NCBI GenBank assembly: GCA_951406725.2
Contig: OX597814.1
Span: 182,590,001 to 182,654,000, forward strand
DNA: 64,000 nt
Direction of reading: 5' to 3'
Source: Octopus vulgaris
Lineage: Eukaryota
Position 1 is the first letter of the stretch. The number at the start of each line of letters is the position of its first letter. The notes under the pieces are model-generated. The model ran no database searches, was not told the origin of the DNA, and was given only the letters and a program-made list of their open reading frames with translations. The position numbers and the translations under genes are program-made. Of this stretch, positions 39,428 through 52,857 are shown piece by piece.

Positions 39428-41099
39428 CTACAAGAACATAAAAAAAAAGAGAAAAATAATATAAGTCAACCTGGTTTTTAATCTTTAGGGAAAGAGCAGA
39501 CAGACATTATTATGTGATTAAAAGGTACAATCATGATTATGTGGTTAAGTTTTCTTTGAAATTGTGTGCTTCTGGATTCAGTTTGCAAACTGGTGCTTGC
39601 AAACAAAAATTCCTTCAGGAAGCTGGCAGAATTGTTAGCATGGCAAGTGAAATGCTTAGCAGCATTTCATCTGTATTTGTATTCTGAGTTCAAATTCTGC
39701 CATGGTCGAGATAATTCATGAGCCCCCTACCCTTGTGCCAAAATTTGGAATTAATATTTTCAATACCCTAATAAAACAGACAATTCCTTATCATTTTTAC
39801 CACCAAGAACCAGTAATCAATCCCTTTGGAAACCTATAACTAATCATACTGTTATTCACAAAGTGCAATGAAAATTATAAATACTACTGCTTGTCATGTA
39901 TCTTTGATTTTAAACCTAATAAAAAAAATAATTACTGCTTTCTAGCATAAATCTCAAACACTAATGTAGCTAGAGGTATGCTGCCTAGAGTGGCCCTTCA
40001 GTTTGCTGGCCTCAGACCCCACAAAAACCACACATTGCCTACAGCAGACCCAAAAGTCATGCCCCTTTACAAGTGGTGCTTGGGGCAACGTGACTACTTT
40101 GAAGTAAGTGATGTTAAATCTTAGATAAATAAGTTATTTTTTATTAAACACCACTAGTCTATGCCAGTGGGTGTAACCAGCCCACTTATGAATACCCCCT
40201 CATTCACTGGACAATAAACTTTGCTTACGAAGACCCATTGAGACAAGTGAAATCAAAATCGATGACATGGCTGATGATAGTGGAACTTTCAACACTGCCA
40301 CTATCATGCTGAACAATCAGCAGACATAGGAACTACATCTATGTGATAAATTAAGCCTATAGGCGTGTTCAACAGCACCACATGAAAGAAATCTACACGA
40401 AAGACATGATGTGGTAAGAGGGGAAGATTGGCAAAGAAGCACTTGAAAACAACACTGTCATGTGATATTTTGTTTTGGAATCAATAGTCGTAGCACAACT
40501 GTGCACTCCTTTGCATAAACAGTGTGCAACTATTATGAGGACAACTCAGCTCCCAACAAAGACAATTCTGCATGCATGTACACAAGGTTACATTAAGGAC
40601 ACAGTCTCTGACAAACATGGTTAGGTCATGTGACATTGAGTTGCTGACATGGTTGGGAACTGTTGTGAGGACAATTCAGATCCCATACAAAAACAATTCT
40701 GCATGCAGTGTCTGAGCATATAAGGACACAGTCTCTAACTAACATGGTGGGGTCTTAGACACCATAAATTAGTATGTTAATGTCCATGCACTATTTCGGT
40801 TTGTAATCAGTAGCTGAAGAATATTTGTATGGGTTTTGTCTATGCTTAGAAGAAAGACTTTAATACTGAAGCTAAAAGACAATAGTTGAATAGTTGCTCA
40901 GGATTTAACATGTTTCAAAATAAACACAATGCATTCCAAACGGTTTTTATTCCAACAAATTGCTACCTATGGTACTACAGGAACAGGCTATTATTGCTAC
41001 CACCTAGACCACGCAGTTTGAACTCTACATCGGTTCATCCATTTAATACAACCTACTTATATAATTTCAGTAGCTGTTTTTTCCAGTTTTAACAGAGGC

Positions 41100-41563
41100 A
41101 ATGTGTGGACCATGTGGGCAATCATATGTACCCCAAGAAAGGGGGGTTTTCTGCCCCCAAGGGCCCCATTACTCATTATGTGAAAAAATTTTAAGAGTCT
41201 AAAACCATCTCTGGAACACAAGTAGTGTATGTTCCCAGTTTGGAGAAAATCAGTTGCAAACTTCAGAGGTTCTGTGGGTTTACACACATACATCCTCAGT
41301 TTTATATATAGAGAGAGAGGTAGAGAAATTATCACAAGTATGCCATCAAGAGTAATGTCCTTTTAACCAATGAAGCAACCAAGTTACATGGTTGTTCATA
41401 TTGTTTACCTAGGAAAGAGGGTTTTCTGCACCCAGGGGCAGAATTTCCAGTATCTAAAACCACCTCTGGAACATAAGTAATGAATGTCCCCAGTCTGAAG
41501 AAAATCAGTTGCAAACTTCATTAGTTTTGCAGGTTTACACGCACACACACACACACATCCTCA

Positions 41564-41575
<12 letters not shown>
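41100..41575 (-). repeat. Tandemly duplicated Helitron-like 5' end (unit of about 250 bp)
   Basis: CTAAAACC..CTCTGGAACA...GAAAATCAGTTGCAAACTTCA...CATCCTCAGTTTTATATATA occurs twice. Confidence 0.55.
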
Positions 41576-41603
<28 letters not shown>

Positions 41604-41633
41604 GACATATTTCAATATACAAATTTTACTTAC

Positions 41634-41681
41634 AGGGTCAGAGTGACGTACTACACCAACTATTTCTACCTCGTCTTCAAT
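41634..41681 (-). CDS. SURF1: SURF1 exon 6
   Basis: IEDEVEIVGVVRHSDP; tttcag and gtaagt splice sites. Confidence 0.93.
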
Positions 41682-42212
41682 CTGAAATGAATGAATTTTA
41701 TTACAAGATAATGTCATGTAACATTAAACAAGAAATGAGGTTAGTTGTTTAAGCTCAGGTCAACATTCATTAATGCTTACGTGTTATGAAAATAAGGAAT
41801 AAACAATTTAACAATGATTGGATAACAAGTAAGGAAATTTTATATTGCTATGAAAAAAAAATTTTATAACAGATATAGAACCAAAATAGAAACCAATATT
41901 CCATGTACGCTGTGTGCACATGCACACATTTTACAACTAGTGCACAAAGAGAAAAAATGTGGGCACTCAGGGTTTTCAAGATGAAAAAAGTATTTTTTAA
42001 TTGAAAGAATTCATCATGTAATTTCATAATAAAATCTTTAAGATAATATGCATTTGCTTAGGTGATCAATATGACATTGAAATAATGGCTATTTGTATGA
42101 AGGAGCACATACTTCACAAATAAAGAGAAAATGTGCACCAACAAATTTCTACACACACACACACAGCAAAAAGTTAGAGGGAACAATGGTGGAAAAAATT
42201 TAAAAGCTGTGT

Positions 42213-42598
42213 AGGCAGGAGTGGCTGTATGGTAAATAGCTTGCTTATGAACCACATGGTTCCGGGTTCAGTCCCACTGCGTGGCACCTTGGGCAAGTGT
42301 CTTCTACTATAGCCTCGGGTCGACCAAAGCCCTGTGTGTGGATTTGGTAGACGGAAACTGAAAGAAGCCCGTCGTATATATGTATGTATGTGTGTGTGTG
42401 TCTGTGTTTATCCCCCAACATCGATTGACAACCGATTCTGGTGTGTTTACGTCCCTGTAACTTAGCAGTTTGGCAAAAGAGACCAATAGAATAAGTACTA
42501 GGCTTACAAAGAATAAGTCCTGGGGTCGATTTGCTCAACTAAAGGTGGTGCTCCAGCATGGCCACAGTCAAATGACTGAACCAAGTAAAGAGAGAGTA
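42213..42598 (+). mobile_element. SINE family A
   Basis: Full-length match to the family. Confidence 0.9.
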
Positions 42599-42699
42599 TA
42601 ACACTTGCTGGTAACCCAATCAATAAGCCCAGCACTAACATCAACTCAATGTGGCAACCTTTTCTCAATGATTAATTTAAATACACTAAAAATATAACT

Positions 42700-42928
42700 T
42701 TAACCCATTAGCATTTAAACTGGCCTTATCCGGCCAAAAGTATTCTGCCTGTTTTATGTTCAAACTGGCCAGATCTGGTCTCTCACACCAACCCTACAAT
42801 ATCGTTTTAAAAATTAAGAGCTCCCTCATCAAAATCTCATAGCTACAAGATAATGTGTGATTAGTTCAAAACAATGGGAATAAAAAAGCATTAATTTTGG
42901 CAGAATAATGCGAACACTAAAGGGTTAA
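42700..42928. mobile_element. piggyBac-like MITE P2
   Basis: TTAACCCATTAG...CTAAAGGGTTAA; a related copy lies at 43993-44217. Confidence 0.75.
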
Positions 42929-43354
42929 TTGTACATGCATCATGAACTAGTGAATAAGAGCAAGTGGTATTACTCTTATTTCTAAAAATAAAGCTTCCTA
43001 GTACTGGTATTTATGTATACATTCAGAAAATAAGACACACTGACGATTAATGACCAAAACTTAAAGTACATGATAATATATTTTTAATCACTAAGATCAG
43101 GCTAATGATCTGAAAAATTATAATCCTATTAGCTTGTCTTAGACATTTAAATATTTATTCAGTTTTGCTTTTACCAACAGTAAGATTCAAATGCAGGCTT
43201 GAACAACAACAAGGTGGTTTATAGTTTAAAAAATGACATAACAGAACAAATTAGATGAAAAGATTAAGATTGCATGTTATCATTAAGTATGTCTTTTGAA
43301 AATCCTGTTTGAAATATGAGACAAAATATCAGAATATTTCAAAAAAGACTCAAC

Positions 43355-43881
43355 TACCGTAAATCCTCGAGTATAATCTGCATTTCCCACCCAAAATTTA
43401 GAGGTCAAAATCCCTAGTGCGTACTATATATGAGGTTAAAAAATGAAAAATATTTTCTAAGCAATGTCTGAGTCTCTATTTACTGTCCAGCAATGTTTAT
43501 TCAGACGCATTTTGTGATGTCGGGTACGAAAATACATTAAGCTAAGCCTGAAAGCAATGAAGTCATAAAAGAAATATCCATAACTTGCAGTAAGCAACAT
43601 TTATTAAAATAAAAGTATTCAGAACACAGAATAACATATAACAAAAACAATTTGCAAACATATTTACATTCCCATATAACAGTTAAAAACATCACCATTA
43701 TTGTATTATGCATACGCGGAAGTGTTTGTTCGATTAGGTGTTGCTGCCTTAATTACGCACGACTCAAGTTAAAGAAGGGGTGCGTATTATACACAAGGTT
43801 TAGGTTTTTCAGAGGTACAGCCCCCTAAAAATCCCCTGCGTATTATACTCAAGGGCGGACTATACTCGAGGATTTACGGTA
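43355..43881. mobile_element. Tc1/mariner (pogo-like) MITE
   Basis: TA-CCGTAAATCCTCGAGTATA...TATACTCGAGGATTTACGG-TA, perfect TIRs. Confidence 0.9.
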
Positions 43882-44953
43882 TTTGATCCCAGTAGCAATT
43901 AATACATCAGTTTTATCCTTTCCACTCAACAGAATACCTAATTCCATTTAACCCCCACATTCATCAGTTATAAAAGCAAGATAACAGTTTATTTTAACCT
44001 TTTAGCATTCAGATTACTCTGTCAAATGTTATGCTTATTAACATCGTTTTGAATTAATTACGCATTATGTCATAGCTTTGAGATTTCAATGACGTGATTA
44101 TTTATTTCCAGGATGACATTGTAGGGTAGGTATGAGAGGCCAGATCTGGCCAGTTTCAACATAAAACAGCAAGAAAATATTGTCTGGATATGATCGATTT
44201 AAATGCTAAAGGGTTAAACTCCCTTGATATTTATGGAATGAGACGACTGGATGCGATTGTTTGGATGCTGACAATTTGGCATGATCGACTGGACATGGAA
44301 CCTGTTTTGGTGGTGGCTATTTTTGGCACTGGAGACAAACACAAGCTCACACCCACACGCATAAATATACATACAGAGACAGAGAGTGGGAGATAGAGAG
44401 ACATTACAATTTAATTCTATTCAACCCAATTAACATAAACACCTCCCCTCTCCTCACATACACAAAAAGGGGAGAGAGAGAGAGAGAGAGAGATGTGTTT
44501 GTTAAAAAAGGGATCACACCATACATCTTGACATTTCTCTCTGATTTTTCTGCTCACAGTGACAAAAGTTCAATTCCTTCTCAGTTCTACTTTGTCAAAG
44601 ATGTACAGGAATTCACTGTGAGAAAATCACCCTTTTCTATATTTCATCTATATTTCACCAACCATTATGTACATAAAGTGAAGCAGAAAGTTAAATGAAG
44701 TTTAGTAGTTGTGATTGCAAAATAGTTGTCAACTAGAAAAAAAAAAAATTCCACAGTGCCAAATGGTTCTGGGGACAAAATGTCTGAAGTCAAATAAGTC
44801 AGTTTTGAATCTTTAATGCCAAATAGGTAGGACCAAAACAGCTGTGTCAAAGTGTCCCCTATCTTGATATTTAACAACTCACATTTTTTAACAAGGAATT
44901 TTGTATCGACTTTTCCAATAATCATTGAAAATTTCACTAAATTCAGACATTAC

Positions 44954-45026
44954 CTGCCCTTCTAGTCTGGTTACAGGATATTTCTTTTTCATAGGTATCC
45001 AGCCTCTATTCACCATAATAATAATA
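44954..45026 (-). CDS. SURF1: SURF1 exon 5
   Basis: IIIMVNRGWIPMKKKYPVTRLEGQ. Confidence 0.95.
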
Positions 45027-45615
45027 CTGAAAAGAAAAATTGACAGTAAAAACAAACTAAAATACATATAAATGTAAGATAGGAACATAAAGTAACAGCT
45101 ATTAAAACAAAATGTTGATTTCTGATATAACACAAGACATCTGAAGAAAGCTGGAGTGCACAACTGAAACATACTGAAAGCAAAAAATCAAGATGAGGAC
45201 ACCAATCTGACTAATATAAACAGTATACATACACAAAATGTGTACTAATTAAAAGAACATTTTAAACTCATTTTCTGTGTTATAATATATTGACTTCAAG
45301 TGACTGCAACAAAGGTGTCTGGCATACATTGTGAGACATATCCAATTCATGGTTATATGTGGCACTTGTGCTGGTGCCCTGTCAAAAGCACCCAGAACAC
45401 ACTATGGAGTGGTTGGTGTAAAGAAAGGAAAAAAACAATGCCAGAACAGACAATGTAGCCAGGTGAAGTCCCTGGACTTACCAGCTTCAGTAAAACCACC
45501 CAATCCATGCCAGCATGGAAAATAGACATTAAATGATGATGATGATGACACCAAGATTGCAAAAATTTTCACAGGGCCATCACTTAGAAACTGAGAGAAT
45601 CTTCTGAATTCTGAA

Positions 45616-45850
45616 GGCGGCGAGCTGGCAGAAACGTTAGCAGTTCAGGCGAGATGCTTAGCGGTATTTCGTCTGCCGCTACGTTCTGAGTTCAAATTCC
45701 GCCGAGGTTGACTTTGCCTTTCATCCTTTCAGGGTCAATAAATTAAGGACCAGTTACGCACTGGGGTCGATGAAAACAAATTAATCCCTTTGTCTGTCCT
45801 TGTTTGTCCCCTCTGTGTGTGACCCCTTGTGGGCAGTACAGAAATAAGAA
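45616..45850 (+). mobile_element. SINE family B
   Basis: Family match; flanking direct repeat AGAATCTTCTGAATT. Confidence 0.88.
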
Positions 45851-46070
45851 TCTTCTGAATTTAACACAATGTAAAATAGATTTATACTTTTTATGTCAGT
45901 AGTAGCATTCTAGAGAGTTGTAGATGTATTCTGGCAGTTGAGGACTGTGTGGGCAGGGGCTTGCAGTGGTATCAAACTGTGCCTCTGGTATGTTCAGATG
46001 ATCTTAAGTAGTTTTGCTTCAAAAGAAAACAAAATGCCTTTCAGATAATGAAGCAAAGTAAATAACTTAC

Positions 46071-46259
46071 TCTCTGTCTGACAGTTTGAATGGAGTTATG
46101 ACGTTCATGCCAACTTTTTTAACAGCATCACGATTCACTAGTTTTGGATCAAAATCCTCAACAAAGTTTGAGCGAGGTGCTATTGTAAACTCATCTTTGT
46201 GCATGAATCTTCCTTTCACTCTGATTCTGCGGTATTCAAGATTTTCAAGTTCTTCAAGA
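46071..46259 (-). CDS. SURF1: SURF1 exon 4
   Basis: LEELENLEYRRIRVKGRFMH...GMNVITPFKLSDR. Confidence 0.95.
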
Positions 46260-46362
46260 CTAAAAGGAAAAAAAAAAAAGAAAAATATTATAACAATGAA
46301 GTAACAAAGTGAAAAGTTAAGAGACAATAAGTAGAAAACATGGAAAACTAAGAATTTTTAAA

Positions 46363-46988
46363 GTGGTAAACTGGCAAAATCATTAGCATGCCAGGCAAAA
46401 TGCTTAGCGACGTTTTGTCCACCTTCACATTCTGAGTTCAAATTCTGCCAAAGTCAACTTCGCCTTTTATCCTTTTGGGGTCAATGAAGTAAGTACCAGT
46501 TGAGCACTGGGGTTGATAAAAATCAACTTAACCACTCCACTGAACTTGCTGGCCTTGTGCCAAAATTTGAAACTAATATAATTAACATGCCTCAAAGAAA
46601 TGAGCTGGCAGAAATGTTAGCACGCAGGGCGAAATGCTTAGCGGTATTTTGTCTGCCACTACGTTCTGAGTTCAAATTCCGCCAAGGTCGACTTTGCCTT
46701 TCATCTTTTCGGGGTTGATTAAATAAATACCAGTTACGCACTGACTTAATCCGTTTGACTGTCCTTGTTTGTCCTCTCTGTGTCTAGCCCCTTGTGGGTA
46801 ATAAAGACATAGGTATTTCATCTGCCGCTATGTTCTGAGTTCAAATTCTGCCGAGGTCGACTTTGCTGTTCATCCTTTCGGGGTCAATAAATTAAATACC
46901 AGCTATGCACTGAAGTCGATGTAATCGACTTAATCCCTTTGTCTGTCCCCTCTATGTTTAGCCCTTTGTGGGCAATAAAGAAATAAGA
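46363..46988 (+). mobile_element. Cluster of SINE family B copies (an older monomer plus a partially dimeric copy)
   Basis: Three TTCTGAGTTCAAATTC B-box segments. Confidence 0.8.
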
Positions 46989-48284
46989 AGCATTAGATCA
47001 TTGGATAAAATGCCTAGCAGTATTTCTACTAACTTGTTACATTCTGAGTTCAAATTCTGTTAGGGTCAATCTTGCCTTTCATCCCTCCATTGCTGATAAA
47101 ATGAAGTACCATTCAAATAATAGGATCACTGGTAATGATTAATGCCCTCCCCTCAGAATTGCTTGCCTTGACCAAAAATACATGAAACCATTATCATTCT
47201 GTGCTTTTATAGAAACACTTTCTCACATTGATACATATTGATATTACCTCACGTATCATCACTCTCTTTTTCCTTTCAATCATTAGTATATCTGTAACAC
47301 AAGCTCCATTTATCTGCTTTGATTTTGTTATTTATTCTGTATTTTTATGTAGTAGTAGCCAAGAAGCCAGGGTGGTGGGCAGCCAGCTGAGAGGTTAGTA
47401 GTTTGTATCGTCACCAGCACTGTGGTCAGTCCATAGACAGGGTAAATGGCCAACCAAGATGAAAATACATAATACAGAGTAGGAACAACTCTAGTACTGT
47501 TGTTGTTCTAGTAATTATGTAACCCTTGTCATACCCTAGTCAAGCAGACTTATGCCATATATGTAGTTAGTTGGACAGCTGCAATGTGATATCTAACAGT
47601 CCAGAGCTTATGTATAGTTGAGGAGCATATAGGTATAGACATGGCTTTGTAGTTGAGAAGTTTGCTTTGTGAGAGAATATGGTGATGACAAGGATATGAC
47701 AACTTCTACATGTGCAAGACTAAAGAGTCCTCTCTATCTTACGCTATATCTATTTGTTGGTAACATGACTGAGAGAGTGATAAAAAGAGAGTGATGGCAG
47801 AGAGAAAACCAGAGTGATAGGAGTGAAAGGGTAATAGAGGAATAAAAAATTATATGCTGGTTTTTGGTAAGGAGATTGAATAGAAAATAGCATAAGTGGT
47901 GTGATGAAGGAAGTGAGAAGAAGAACACAGTGACAGAGGAGGGAGAACTGGAAATGAGAGACAAAAAGCAATGGGGGATAGTGATGGATAGCAATAAACA
48001 TGCATGATAAGAGAGAGAGAGTAAATGAGTGATGGATATCAATAATGGTTGATAGAGGAGGAAGTAATGGGAAAGAGAGACAGAGTTATAGTTAGCAACA
48101 GAGTATGATGATAGCTAGAACGACACATGGAGGGTATTTTGTTGATTCTGCAGCTATCCTAAATTGTCTGAAGTTTGGAGTGAGTTGGGGTGTAGTTGAG
48201 TGCAGTTGTCTGATCCAAGTTGGAAATAGAATGTAGAGGTTAGATGTATATTTTTAGGACAAATGTTTCTAGAATATTTTAGTA

Positions 48285-48675
48285 TAAAATTATTAACCAT
48301 CTTACAAACAATAATACTGAGCCCCTTTTCAAACTCCACCTGTCTAACACCCATAGACATGTTTACAAAGTCAGAAAACAGCACAGTTCCCATGACTTTC
48401 GGAAACATTTTTTCACGCTAAGAGTGGCTGAAGTATGGAACAAACTGCCGGCATCAGTTGTTAGTTGTCGGAGCACTGCATCCTTCAAAACTTCCATGCT
48501 TCCTGAGATTCACCAACACTACACCTGATTTTCTCCCCTCCATACACATGCAAGCATGTATCTGACTCATACACAGTTCACTTTCCAGACATTTGTACAT
48601 TACTGCATATACTTTATACGCACTTTTGACAAGTTGTGGTGCACCTGAGCACTGTATACAATAATTTCATTATTA
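48285..48675 (+). mobile_element. CR1-clade LINE 3' end
   Basis: Near-identical to 20702-21090. Confidence 0.88.
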
Positions 48676-49058
48676 TACATTTATGAACCATCACCCATCA
48701 AAGCACATGTTTCTGATTAAAGGCTGCATATAATGGCTATTACTTGTTTAAATCATCTTGTAGTAGAGTAATTTATTGTCAAGTGGATATCTTATGAAAC
48801 TGCAATGGTCAAAATAAAAAAAAAAAATTGCATCCAAAACCATTTTTTTTACTTACTCCTACCTTGTATACTCTCAACTACCAACTCTCAAAAGAAAGGG
48901 CTATACTTTTTCACTATCAGCTTTTTCGTAGTACGCATGCACTTAACTTGTCATTTAACTTCATGATGCACATCTAATCAGTCACATCAACTCATTCTTC
49001 CTTATTCTCAGTTACAAAATTAGTGAAAATGAAATGTGAAGCATAAGAGCTCCCTTAC

Positions 49059-49180
49059 TCTTCAGGTAGAGGAATAGGCTCTGCCATAGTGCGATCCTCA
49101 AGCATCTTAATTAAATCAAGTTTCCATTCTCGACGACGAACTTGCCATGTCCCAAGGCCAAAAGTTGTTATAGGGATTAT
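49059..49180 (-). CDS. SURF1: SURF1 exon 3
   Basis: [24 protein letters not shown]...PIPLP. Confidence 0.96.
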
Positions 49181-49545
49181 CTGGAAAAATAAAGAAGTAT
49201 AAAACTATTCAACTGTAATTGTTTGGATGATTTACTGTATTTTTAGAGGTATATATGACTGGCTTGATGCTGAATAGTTGTGAAAACATGGGCAATGAAT
49301 ACAACTAAAGACAAATTATGCTGTGTAACACAATTTTTGTCTTTGAGTAGCAACTGTTATTTTTTATTTGCTTATTCCTAGAAAGTATGAAAAATAGCTA
49401 ATGTTTCTTTCAAACTTTTCTTTTGTTTCATTTATTCAAACCCAAAAGAATCCTTCTCAACACATGGCTATGATGCTCCCCCACAACTTCTACTCATGAT
49501 CAGAGATGCACATACTGTTAGCCACAAAGGGACATGCTCAACTGA

Positions 49546-49773
49546 TTAACCCTTTCGTTACTGTATTTATTTTGAGATGCTCTGTGTTTCTTTCAATTAT
49601 TTAAAATATAACAAAGAATTTAGTAAAATAACTTAGTTATCATTAAGCTAGTGTTAGGAACATAAATTGTAACTAAGATTTGGTGGAAGATTTTAATTCA
49701 AAACTTATGAAAACAAGACATTTATACTCAGAGCCAGAGCTGGCTTCAGCTGGGTTGGTAACGAAAGGGTTAA
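49546..49773. mobile_element. piggyBac-like MITE P1
   Basis: TTAA-CCCTTTCGTTAC...GTAACGAAAGGG-TTAA. Confidence 0.88.
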
Positions 49774-50736
49774 GGTCAAGCAACTGACAAGCAAATCTTT
49801 GGTATTGAGCAGAATATTTGTTATGATGATATTTCTGCTTCAGCAACTTAATGCTGAATCTGTCTGAAATGTAATGGAAAATTGGCCAGTTTCAAAACAC
49901 TGATGTCCAGGTCACAAAAGCTAAGTTTGAAGGGAGTAGTAGTCATTTTCTTTGATTTCTAGATAGAAGCAAATAGGAAATAACACTTACTGACCAAAGA
50001 CAAAAAAATGTTACACAGTGTGGAGATAACATTGTACATTGGATGCACCATGTTAACTCTATACAGCTACAATGATATGAACATATACTGTGAATGAGTG
50101 GTATATGTTGGGTTGCAAGAACGCTATGGATTGTAACCATGCTGGAGACAAATGAAGGAACTGCAGGAAAAGGCTTTTAGGCTAAACCTGAGAATGCTGG
50201 ACCTCACAGTTGTGATGTCACAAATTTTAGACAAACAAAACTGTTAAAACAAAAGTTAAAAGGACAAGGAGAATAATAATGACAATAATGTCATTATTCA
50301 TAGAATTCACAATTAGACTGAATTTCTAAAAAGTAGTTATTGTCTTCTTATTGTTAACTATAGAAAAGAATTGTATTTTATGAACTCAGGAGGTTTTAGA
50401 GGGTGGTTGTGTTTGAGGGAGGAGAATTGGGCAAAATACTTCATGCAGGTTTTATCCAAGACGTCAGACTCAGAGGTAGCAAGAGGAGAGATGGGTGTGT
50501 GGTTGGCTTTAGTGGAGGGTATAACTGTTCCTGAATGAAGCAGACCCTTGAGAAAAATCTTTTGCAACTACAACCATTTGTCTCTTTTTTCTTTTAATTC
50601 AAACTACTTCATCCAATGCTTCCTTACACTTTAAAGAGGAAATGGTGATTTAGTTACAATTCATGGCAAGTACAAAAACCACAGTCTCATTTTTTTCTGG
50701 TGATAAATACAGTGGTCTGCAGCACTCAAAACATCC

Positions 50737-51128
50737 TACTCTTTTACTTGTTTCAGTCATTTGACTGTAGCCATGCTGGAGCACCGCCTTAAGTCGAAGA
50801 AATGAACCCCAGGACTTATTCTTTGTAAGCCTAATACTTATTCTATTGGTCTCTTTTGCTGAACCACTAAGTTACGGGGACGTAAACACACCACCATCGG
50901 CTGCCAAGCAATGTTGGGGGACAAACACAAACACATAAACACATATATATATATATACATATATACGATGAGCTTCCTTCAGTTTCCGTCTACCAAATCC
51001 ACTCACAAGGCTTTGATCGGCCCAAGGCTATAGTAGAAGACACTTGCCCAAGGTGCCATGCAGTGGGACTGAACCCGGAACCATGTAGTTGATAAGCAAG
51101 CAACTTACCATACAGCCACTCCTGCGCC
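50737..51128 (-). mobile_element. SINE family A
   Basis: Reverse complement of the consensus. Confidence 0.9.
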
Positions 51129-51540
51129 TAGCCAAACCATTGTTGTAACAAATGAGGAAATACGCATATTTTTTTATTCCTAGAGGTTAAAATCTACTAT
51201 TTTATAACGCTCAAACTAATGGTATGCGTAATTTAATAACATTTCTTCCCAGCAGTTCCTTTTTCATTTAGAGGAGCAAATGTAATAGTAGTAGTAAAAG
51301 AAAGTGGAAATAATGTATCAGTGATCTGATAATAGTAATATGTTGGTGAATGACTTTCTGCTAATCAGACAAATGTCATTCTTTTAGATGCACTCTGTGT
51401 GTGTGTGTGTTACAGTAACATTGTCACAGAGGGTTATGAGTATACTTGAGATTTGTATTGAGTCAATAGGTATTTTCTGGGTCTGTAGCCTTGTCTTTGA
51501 AATGCAGTTTTGGTAACGTTATTTATATGAGTGAGGTTGT

Positions 51541-51819
51541 TCATCATCATCATCATTGTTTAATGTCCGTTTTCCATGCTAGCATGGGTTGGACGGTTCA
51601 ACTGGGGTCTGCGAAGCCAGAAGGCTGCACCAGGCTCCAGTCTGATCTGGCAATATTTCTACAGCTGGATGCCCTTCCTAATGCCAACTACTCCATGAGT
51701 GTAGTGGGTGCTTTCTACGTGCCACCATCACAGGAGCCAGAGGAGGCTGGCAACAGCCACGATCGGTTGGTTCTTTCTACGTGCCACACCAACCGATCGT
51801 AGCCGTTGCCATCCTCCTC
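51541..51819 (-). mobile_element. RTE 3' tail with an inverted 5' end
   Basis: (ATC)n start; hairpin at 51740-51819. Confidence 0.8.
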
Positions 51820-52194
51820 AGGGACTGGGAGGCCCAGTTTTTGCAGCAATTTTGTAAGTCATGCATTTGGAGAAAGGGTATGATACAACTGTTCCCTTTA
51901 TATATACATAATGAGTGTGACTTACTGCCGATGAAAGAAACTAGGCCATGATGTCCTGCAAGTTTTTCTTTGATAGCATATCAGTTTATCAGAGGTAACA
52001 TAGGTCCCAGATGATCTTAAGCCTAATCCTGACAGTTTGGTGAAATGGAGAACCTAAACTTAACTGTATTGTGCAAATGAACAATGAAAAGGCCCTCGTG
52101 AATTCCAAATCAGACCCTATGATTTTAAGGTCTGATAATTAATCCATTCAACTATTTTACTGCTATAATAGAATACAAAATAAAAAGTGCTTAC

Positions 52195-52311
52195 CAAGAG
52201 TACATATCCTGAAGGAGCTGATTTCTTTTTGGATACATATGGTTTGAGGCGAGGAACTTGTGAAGAATACTGCTTCAGTGATAAACTCTTCAGAACGGAA
52301 CATCTTTTGGG
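52195..52311 (-). CDS. SURF1: SURF1 exon 2 (basic, mitochondrial presequence-like)
   Basis: PKRCSVLKSLSLKQYSSQ...SGYVLL; tttag and gtaagc splice sites; phase 0/0. Confidence 0.8.
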
Positions 52312-52423
52312 CTAAATAATAAATAAAGTTTTTTTATGGAGATGTATTCGCATAGTAAGTGACTTGATCTGAGATCATGTGCTGAAACAAAAACAATTGC
52401 AGCTTGGAGTGTTTATAAGTCAT

Positions 52424-52681
52424 TTAAAAAACACAAATACCGTTAGATTCACTTCAACATTTAAATTTAATTTGTCAAAATATTTTCGTCACTTTGAAAT
52501 CATGACCTGTTCACTGACAAAATTCCATGCTGCATTTCGGAATTTTGTCAGTGAACAGGTCATGGTTTCAAAGCACAGAATTTTGACAGTGAATAGTTTG
52601 TGGTTTCAAAGCGATGAAAATATTTTGACAAATTAAATTTAAATGTTGAAGTGAATCTAATGGTTTTTGTGTGTTTTTTAA
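52424..52681. repeat. Fold-back inverted repeat carrying hammerhead-like motifs
   Basis: Arms of about 100 bp (TTAGATTCACTTCAACATTTAAATTTAATTTGTCAAAATATTTTC and its reverse complement) around a centre near 52530; the right arm has a partial duplication. Confidence 0.85.
52471..52521 (-). ncRNA. Type-I hammerhead-like motif with a G3-C8 core (GUGAACA)
   Basis: Minus strand reads TTTGTCA GTGAACA G GTCA-TGATTTCAAAG-TGAC GAAA ATAT TT TGACAAA. Confidence 0.6.
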
Positions 52682-52857
52682 TAAATAAAGAGTTAAAATA
52701 TTTTGATAAAAGACTTATATGAACAGAAGCACATGTGTGAGTATGTTCTATAGGTTTGGTAATGCAAACAGGAAAAATAGAACTCAAAACACAAGTGCAT
52801 ATAATATATATATATATATAGCAAGTATGATTTGCTGTATGAATATAAGGTTCTGAG

